This document shows positions 58,209 to 64,000 of a DNA stretch of 64,000 bases, piece by piece (within the stretch, counting starts at the first letter, position 1; each line of letters opens with the position of its first letter). The stretch lies in the NCBI GenBank assembly GCA_016218255.1, contig JACREN010000002.1, forward strand, positions 4,029 to 68,028. Reading direction: 5' to 3'. The notes beneath the pieces are model-generated. The model made no database searches. It saw only the letters and a list, made by a program, of their open reading frames with translations, and was not told the origin of the DNA. Source of the DNA: Candidatus Gottesmanbacteria bacterium (GTDB lineage Bacteria > Patescibacteriota > Microgenomatia > UBA10105 > UBA927). The translations under genes and the position numbers were made by a program.

Positions 58209-59416
58209 ACACTATTCAGACATTAAAAGGTTTTCGTGATTTTCTACCGAGGGATGCTGCACTTCGCAATTTCCTGAAAAATAAAATGGCGGAAATCACC
58301 TCCTCATGGGGATACGAACCGATTGAAACACCGACACTCGAACCGCTGGAACTTTTTGCCGGAGAAATCGGCGAAGACGAAAAATTATTTTTCTCTTTTG
58401 AAGATCAGGGCGGAAGAAAGGTCGCACTCCGATATGACCAAACCGTGCCAACATGCCGCGTGATCGGCGAATATGCCAATGAGCTGGTCTTTCCGTTTCG
58501 GAGATACCAAGTGCAGTCTGTATTCCGCGCTGAAAAACCGCAGCGGGGAAGATACCGCGAATTTACACAATTTGACATTGACATCTTCGGCATTGCCTCC
58601 CCTGATGCTGACGCAGAAGCCATAGCAGTAACACTGGATGTGTATACAAAACTTGGATTTCATGACGTTTGTGTGATCGTCAACAACCGGGATTTATTAA
58701 AAGCGCTCCCGTATGAAGCGCTCGTGGCGATTGATAAGGTAAAAAAAATTGGCGAGGATGGCGTCATCAACGATATGATAGCCAAAGGCATACCAGAAGA
58801 AAAAGCACAGGAATATTTGAAATACATCAAGACTGTAAAACCGGATCGAACCATACAAACCATTTTTGGATATTTAGCGAATGCCGGCTTCAAAGACAGC
58901 GCATACCGCTTTGAACCCACACTTGCCCGCTCATTCTCCTACTCTCAAGGGCCAATCTGGGAAGTCGTACTGCCGGGCTACAGCGCAGGATCTGTGGGTG
59001 GCGGCGAACGCTATGACGGAATGATGAAACGCATAACCGGCAAAGACATCCCCGCCACGGGCATCGCATTCGGATTTGATCGGACGATGGAAGCGCTTAT
59101 TGAATACAATCTGGCACCAGTAAATCGCCAAACCACGCAAGTGCTCGTCAGTGTATTTTCCGAAAATGTATGGGAACAAGCAATCAAAATAAGTTCCGAA
59201 ATCCGATCAGCCCAAATACCCACGGAACTGTTCCCGGATCCCAGGGCAAAGCTAGAGAGGCAGCTTAAATACGCCGACCGGAAAGGCATTCCCTACGTCA
59301 TTATCCAGGGGCCGGAAGAAACGAAAAAAGGAGTCGTCAAACTCAAAGATATGAAAAACCAGTCACAGGAGGAATTAACCGTCGAAGAAATTATTACCAA
59401 ACTGAAAGCAAACTGA
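58205..59416 (+). CDS. hisS: Histidine--tRNA ligase
   Basis: KGFRDF, ALRYDQTVP, FRAEKPQRGRYREF.Q, GGGERYD, GFDR and C-terminal anticodon domain. Confidence 0.96.
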   Translation: MNTIQTLKGFRDFLPRDAALRNFLKNKMAEITSSWGYEPIETPTLEPLELFAGEIGEDEKLFFSFEDQGGRKVALRYDQTVPTCRVIGEYANELVFPFRRYQVQSVFRAEKPQRGRYREFTQFDIDIFGIASPDADAEAIAVTLDVYTKLGFHDVCVIVNNRDLLKALPYEALVAIDKVKKIGEDGVINDMIAKGIPEEKAQEYLKYIKTVKPDRTIQTIFGYLANAGFKDSAYRFEPTLARSFSYSQGPIWEVVLPGYSAGSVGGGERYDGMMKRITGKDIPATGIAFGFDRTMEALIEYNLAPVNRQTTQVLVSVFSENVWEQAIKISSEIRSAQIPTELFPDPRAKLERQLKYADRKGIPYVIIQGPEETKKGVVKLKDMKNQSQEELTVEEIITKLKAN

Positions 59417-59423
59417 TCGCACT

Positions 59424-60392
59424 ATGTCCCCTCGTCTGTCTGCTTATCTCATGCTTCTCATTGTTTCCGTCATCTGGGGGGTCGCAGGACCGGTCATCAA
59501 ATTTACGCTTCACGATTTTCCGCCGCTTATCTTTCTCTCGTACCGGTTTGCCATAAGCGGGGTCATTGCCCTCGTCTATTTTGCCACGACCAAAACGCGC
59601 TTCCCGTCTAAACCAAAAGATATTGGTCTGGCAACGATATATAGTATATTTGCCGTCACATTGGCACTGGGACTTCTCTTTTTTGGTTTTGACAAAACAA
59701 CCTCACTCACCGGCACTCTACTCTCTGCCATGGCGCCCATAATCGTCGTCGCCGCCGGAGCTATTTTTCTCAAAGAACACGTCACGAAAATCGAACGTGC
59801 AGGCATAACTATAGCATTTGCCGGCACACTCATAACCGTCGCAGGGCCCCTCTTTAGCGGATCATCAGGATCCGTGCTGGGATCGCTCGAGGGAAACGGC
59901 CTTATCATTCTCTCCATTTTTGTCGATGCCGTGGCGACATTAGCTGCAAAAGTCATGGTCCGAGACCGATTTTCACCCACCACTCTGACGCATTTTTCTT
60001 TTATTATCGGGTTTGTCAGCATCTTTCCGTTTGCCCTTATGTCCCACTCTTGGCCAGCAATTCTTCAGACTATTCAAAAAGCGCCTATTACCGCCCATTC
60101 TGGAATCTGGTTTATGGCAATAGCATCCGGCACACTGGCATATTCGCTCAGAAACCGAGCACTCAAAACCATAGAGATGGGAGAAACTACGGTATTTTCC
60201 TATCTCTACCCCATCTGGGCCGCACCGCTTTCAATTTTTTGGCTTGGGGAAAAACTCACGGTTCCGTTTATCGTGGGTGCCTGCATAATCGCCGCAGGCG
60301 TATACATAGCCGAAAACAAACGACGCCATAAACACAGTCCGAAGCGCGCCGTCTTCCATGCACGGCGAAGATATGGTAAAATACACACATGA
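59424..60392 (+). CDS. DMT/EamA family transporter
   Basis: IWG, P....YRF, P.....A.FLKE and LGE; 10 TM segments. Confidence 0.92.
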   Translation: MSPRLSAYLMLLIVSVIWGVAGPVIKFTLHDFPPLIFLSYRFAISGVIALVYFATTKTRFPSKPKDIGLATIYSIFAVTLALGLLFFGFDKTTSLTGTLLSAMAPIIVVAAGAIFLKEHVTKIERAGITIAFAGTLITVAGPLFSGSSGSVLGSLEGNGLIILSIFVDAVATLAAKVMVRDRFSPTTLTHFSFIIGFVSIFPFALMSHSWPAILQTIQKAPITAHSGIWFMAIASGTLAYSLRNRALKTIEMGETTVFSYLYPIWAAPLSIFWLGEKLTVPFIVGACIIAAGVYIAENKRRHKHSPKRAVFHARRRYGKIHT

Positions 60393-60697
60393 AACAAGGC
60401 ATTCATCCCCAGTGGTATCCTGGTGCAACAGTTGTCTGCGCATGCGGCAACAGCTTCACAATCGGCGCAACCAAGCAGGAACTCCGCGTGGAAATCTGTT
60501 CCAAATGCCATCCTTTCTTTACCGGTGAAATGAAATTTGTCGATACACTGGGCCGCGTTGAACGCTTCCAGCAAAAGCAAAAAGCTGCAGTGTCCACCGC
60601 CTCCGCACTGGCTGCAAAGAAAAAGAAAAAAGCCGAACGGGAAGAACAACGCCGATCTCCGAAATCCCTCAAAGACATGTTAATGGGACTTAAATGA
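60389..60697 (+). CDS. rpmE: 50S ribosomal protein L31 (Zn-binding type) with a C-terminal extension
   Basis: [22 protein letters not shown] and GRVERF. Confidence 0.95.
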   Translation: MKQGIHPQWYPGATVVCACGNSFTIGATKQELRVEICSKCHPFFTGEMKFVDTLGRVERFQQKQKAAVSTASALAAKKKKKAEREEQRRSPKSLKDMLMGLK

Positions 60698-61392
60698 ACT
60701 CTGATGTCGCCATTCTCGAATTTCGACCCGGGCCGGGAGGCGAAGAAGCCCGCATATGGGCCAGTGACCTCATGCGCATGTATACACGCTATGCGAATGT
60801 CCTGGGCTGGAAGGTAGAGCAAATAAGCGACACCGCCATCCGCATCCGCGGAACGGATGCCTTCACCAAGCTCCAATATGAAGCAGGCACCCACCGCGTC
60901 CAACGGGTTCCGGTAACGGAACGGCAGGGCCGCATCCATACGTCCACAGCAACGGTGGCGGTACTGCCGGAAATACCCGAAACTGAAGTGCAAATCCGGA
61001 ATGATGATCTGGATTGGAGCTTTTTCCGTGCAGGGGGACATGGCGGTCAAAACGTAAACAAGGTCTCTTCTGCAGTACGATTGACACACAAGCCCACCGG
61101 TATCGTCGTAGCGTGTCAGACAGAAAGGGATCAAATACAAAACAGAAACGTCGCGCTCTCCATGCTTCGGGGGAAATTATGGGAACAGCAGGAGTTAATA
61201 AAAGCCAAAACGCTTAGCGACAACCGTAGTGTCATCGGACGGGGTATGCGCGCCGAAAAAATCAGAACCTACAACTTCCCTCAAAATAGAGTAACGGATC
61301 ACCGGATAAACAAAAGCTGGCATAATCTGGAAACAATTATCGAAGGCAAAATGCAAAAAATCACAGAAGCGATGATCGCGATGCGCGAGTAA
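60694..61392 (+). CDS. prfA: Peptide chain release factor 1, lacking the N-terminal domain
   Basis: [15 protein letters not shown] (PxT), GGQNVNK and [15 protein letters not shown]. Confidence 0.88.
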   Translation: MNSDVAILEFRPGPGGEEARIWASDLMRMYTRYANVLGWKVEQISDTAIRIRGTDAFTKLQYEAGTHRVQRVPVTERQGRIHTSTATVAVLPEIPETEVQIRNDDLDWSFFRAGGHGGQNVNKVSSAVRLTHKPTGIVVACQTERDQIQNRNVALSMLRGKLWEQQELIKAKTLSDNRSVIGRGMRAEKIRTYNFPQNRVTDHRINKSWHNLETIIEGKMQKITEAMIAMRE

Positions 61393-61398
61393 GCCCCT

Positions 61399-62571
61399 TT
61401 ACTCCCCCTGGTTTCCCAGCGTCACCTTGACCAACCGGTCTTTACCGTCCCTCCATACAGAAATCGTCATAACATCTCCTGCTTTTTTCTTGGCGATCAC
61501 TTTCGCAAGTTCTGCATTATCTCCCGCAAGACGCACGTCATCTATTTTTGTAATGATATCCCCTTCCTCAATTCCGAATTGTTCCGCAGGGCTTCCGGCA
61601 ACGACCTCAATCACATACGCACCCTCCGGGATATCGTTAAGAATCCCCACATCGCGGGATACGGTTTTGTACCGTACACCCAGAAACGGCCGGTTAAACT
61701 GCCCGGTTGCGTTAAAATTCGCAAGCGACTCTTTAATCACATTGATGGGTATCGCAAACCCGATATTCTGCCCGTCGCCCGAAACCGCTGTATTCACCCC
61801 GATAACCTGCCCGGAAGAATTCAGAAGCGGCCCGCCGGAATTACCCGGATTGATAGCGGCATCGGTCTGAATGACATTGTCCAAACGCTCCACATATCCT
61901 TCAAAGGGGCTACCAGCCGTAATACCTCGCCCAACGCCTGAAATTACCCCGGTGGTCACCGTGTGCCGGAATTCCCCGAGCGCCGTACCGATAGCTATAG
62001 CCAACTGACCAACTTTGATGCTATTGGAATCACCCAGCTCAACCGGAGATAATCCCGACGCAGTGATCTTAAGAATTGCCAAATCATTGGCCGGATCCCG
62101 GTAGATTTTCACCACATCAAATGACTTGTCATCTTTGGTGATCACTCGGTATTTTGCCGTGGCATCTGCCACCACATGTTTATTTGTCACAATCAACCCA
62201 TCGGCCCCTACAATGAAACCGGAACCAATGTCCTGCTCCAACTTCTGCGTTTTTCCCGGTGTCCTCCGGAATGGGGAAAACGGGTCAAACGGATTGATCT
62301 CCAGCATATCGCCTAACTGCCGGGTTTTTGTAATGCCCACGGTCACCACCGAGGGAGACACACGTTCTACTGCATCAATAACGACTGACTCTTCCGTAAC
62401 CACCCGGATATTTTCGCTGCCAGGAAGCGTAACTGAAGATTTGGCAAAATCCGGCAAACGGACGTACTTTTCCAAAAATTTCCAGTTAAGACCGAAAATA
62501 CCGGAACTTACGATGCCGCCGACAATAAGAAAAGCTGCTGCAACCAGAAGGAGTGTTCGATGAATTTTCAT
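61399..62571 (-). CDS. htrA: HtrA/DegP-like serine protease with one PDZ domain
   Basis: GSGF, TNKHVV, DLA, QTDAAINPGNSGGPL and a PDZ domain. Confidence 0.93.
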   Translation of the reverse strand: MKIHRTLLLVAAAFLIVGGIVSSGIFGLNWKFLEKYVRLPDFAKSSVTLPGSENIRVVTEESVVIDAVERVSPSVVTVGITKTRQLGDMLEINPFDPFSPFRRTPGKTQKLEQDIGSGFIVGADGLIVTNKHVVADATAKYRVITKDDKSFDVVKIYRDPANDLAILKITASGLSPVELGDSNSIKVGQLAIAIGTALGEFRHTVTTGVISGVGRGITAGSPFEGYVERLDNVIQTDAAINPGNSGGPLLNSSGQVIGVNTAVSGDGQNIGFAIPINVIKESLANFNATGQFNRPFLGVRYKTVSRDVGILNDIPEGAYVIEVVAGSPAEQFGIEEGDIITKIDDVRLAGDNAELAKVIAKKKAGDVMTISVWRDGKDRLVKVTLGNQGE

Positions 62572-62578
62572 GCAGAAA

Positions 62579-63874
62579 TTATTTTAACAACAGCTCTACA
62601 GCTTTTGCAAGTTGAGCATCCCCTGTGGCGTTCGTCACGTCATCAATTTTTACTTCCACGTCCGGCTTTACACCGATTTTATGTATCCAGTCGCCCTTGG
62701 GCAATAACCATTTCGCAGTGGTAATATGCAGTCCTGCTCCACCACCCAGTTCCTGTGGTGTCTGAACCGACCCCTTGCCAAACGACGTCTCACCCACGAG
62801 AGTCGCGCGCTTATAATCACGGAGGGCTCCTGCCACGATTTCTGATGCCGATGCACTGCCCTTGTTTATTAAAACGATCAGCGGTATATCCAGCAAGCGA
62901 CCCTGACGAGCCACTGTATAGTCCTGTTTTGTATTGTCACTGTTGGCCTGTGATACGACAACTCCGCTTTTGATAAATTCACTGGCTATAAACACCGCGC
63001 CCTCAAGATATCCGCCAGGATTATTCCGTAGATCAAAAATCATGCCCTTGAGCTTCCCATTTGCGCGTTGAGCAACGAGCATATCTTCTACCGCCTTATT
63101 CCACTCATCATTAGTTCGGTCGCCGAAACGGGAAAGCCGCAGATAGGCAACCTTACCAGGCTTGGCGGAAAGTTCACGGATACCGGGAGTACCGGAAATT
63201 TCGACAATCTCCGAGGGCGTCTTTACCCAGGTCTCGACTGACGGCACAACAATGGTATCGCGAACAATGGCGATATCCACTGGTTTAGTACTTTTTTCAT
63301 GGAAAATATTTAATGTCACAGTGGTACCGCGTAAACCCCGAATTTTTGTGACCGCCTGCTGAACACTCCAACCTGCTGTCTCCTCACCATCTACCTTCAA
63401 AATCGTATCACCTGCCAATATGCCTGCTTTTTCTGCAGGATTTCCTTTGAGAGGAGCTACCACGATGACCCGATTTTCCCGCATACCCAATTGTGCACCG
63501 ATACCTTCAAATGCACCGCCTAAATCTTCTTTAAATTCCTTGTTCTCCTTTGGCGGCAAAAATGTAGTATAGGGATCACCCAAAGAATTCACCATGCCAG
63601 ATATGGCGCCCCAGGCCATTTTCTGGGGGTCCATGCTCGCCCGATCGATATAAAAACGGAACAATCTGCTCCATACGTCCCAAAACAAAGAAAAATCAAC
63701 GGCGGCGGTTGCAGGAGTTTCCTGATGCAGGATTAGGCGCTTTTCCGGGCTTACGGAAATCTGTGTTTTCCGAAGGCCCAACTGATAACCGGCGCCTCCA
63801 GCCACAAAAAGCAATGCTAAAATAAGAACACTATTTCTTATCCGGGAAAATGGAACTATACGCATAGTATCCAT
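62579..63874 (-). CDS. ctpA: S41A C-terminal processing protease
   Basis: DPYT, GIGA, PDZ domain, DLRNNPGG, SASASEI and FGKGSVQ. Confidence 0.93.
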   Translation of the reverse strand: MDTMRIVPFSRIRNSVLILALLFVAGGAGYQLGLRKTQISVSPEKRLILHQETPATAAVDFSLFWDVWSRLFRFYIDRASMDPQKMAWGAISGMVNSLGDPYTTFLPPKENKEFKEDLGGAFEGIGAQLGMRENRVIVVAPLKGNPAEKAGILAGDTILKVDGEETAGWSVQQAVTKIRGLRGTTVTLNIFHEKSTKPVDIAIVRDTIVVPSVETWVKTPSEIVEISGTPGIRELSAKPGKVAYLRLSRFGDRTNDEWNKAVEDMLVAQRANGKLKGMIFDLRNNPGGYLEGAVFIASEFIKSGVVVSQANSDNTKQDYTVARQGRLLDIPLIVLINKGSASASEIVAGALRDYKRATLVGETSFGKGSVQTPQELGGGAGLHITTAKWLLPKGDWIHKIGVKPDVEVKIDDVTNATGDAQLAKAVELLLK

Positions 63875-63912
63875 ACTACCAACGATCGTGCCTCTCCGTA
63901 AATGGGGAATTT

Positions 63913-64000
63913 TTATGCGCGGACGACAAACGGCAACAGAGCGACATGGCGTGCGAGTTTAATCGCATGCGTGACCGCCCGTTGATGTTTACTACAGATG
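63913..64000 (-). CDS. rpsR: 30S ribosomal protein S18, C-terminal part
   Basis: Manual translation: ...ICSKHQRAVTHAIKLARHVALLPFVVRA*. Confidence 0.9.
   Translation of the reverse strand, partial: ICSKHQRAVTHAIKLARHVALLPFVVRA

Overview
This is a gene-dense 64-kb chromosomal segment with many overlapping start/stop codons. Gene content and compactness suggest a Patescibacteria/CPR (Microgenomates-like) genome; that placement is inference. In order, it holds a type IV pilus locus interleaved with glycosylation enzymes (1-16 kb), then holB, gap-pgk-gpmA and gyrB-ppa-gyrA. An accessory block follows: GT-C, VIT1, folD, SIMPL, a C39 peptidase, an ATP-grasp ligase, a degenerate AAA-wHTH protein, a cryptic HAD phosphatase, a hexokinase and an inverted-repeat-flanked GIY-YIG cassette. 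Next come a Xer recombinase beside a 1.28-kb repeat-rich non-coding region, housekeeping genes (yebC, tgt, CPA2 antiporter, RluA family, DksA-like, lgt, pepA, tRNA-Leu, dnaB), and finally hisS-DMT-rpmE-prfA, htrA, ctpA and partial rpsR. The most striking signal lies at 53.1-59.4 kb. It consists of a TrpR/YerC(HisR)-like repressor gene, three arrays of a phased 8-bp motif overlapping three promoters, and an unannotated 37-aa leader ORF ending in His-His-His. These precede a non-canonical operon (PRTase-like protein, Gmk/PhnN-like kinase, nucleoside hydrolase, PepP) and then VOC-hisS. I read this as a candidate histidine-responsive regulon that controls no recognisable his biosynthesis gene. The window also carries many heptamer microsatellites and small palindromes, both intergenic and inserted in frame within genes. 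All calls come from manual motif reading; no database searches were run.
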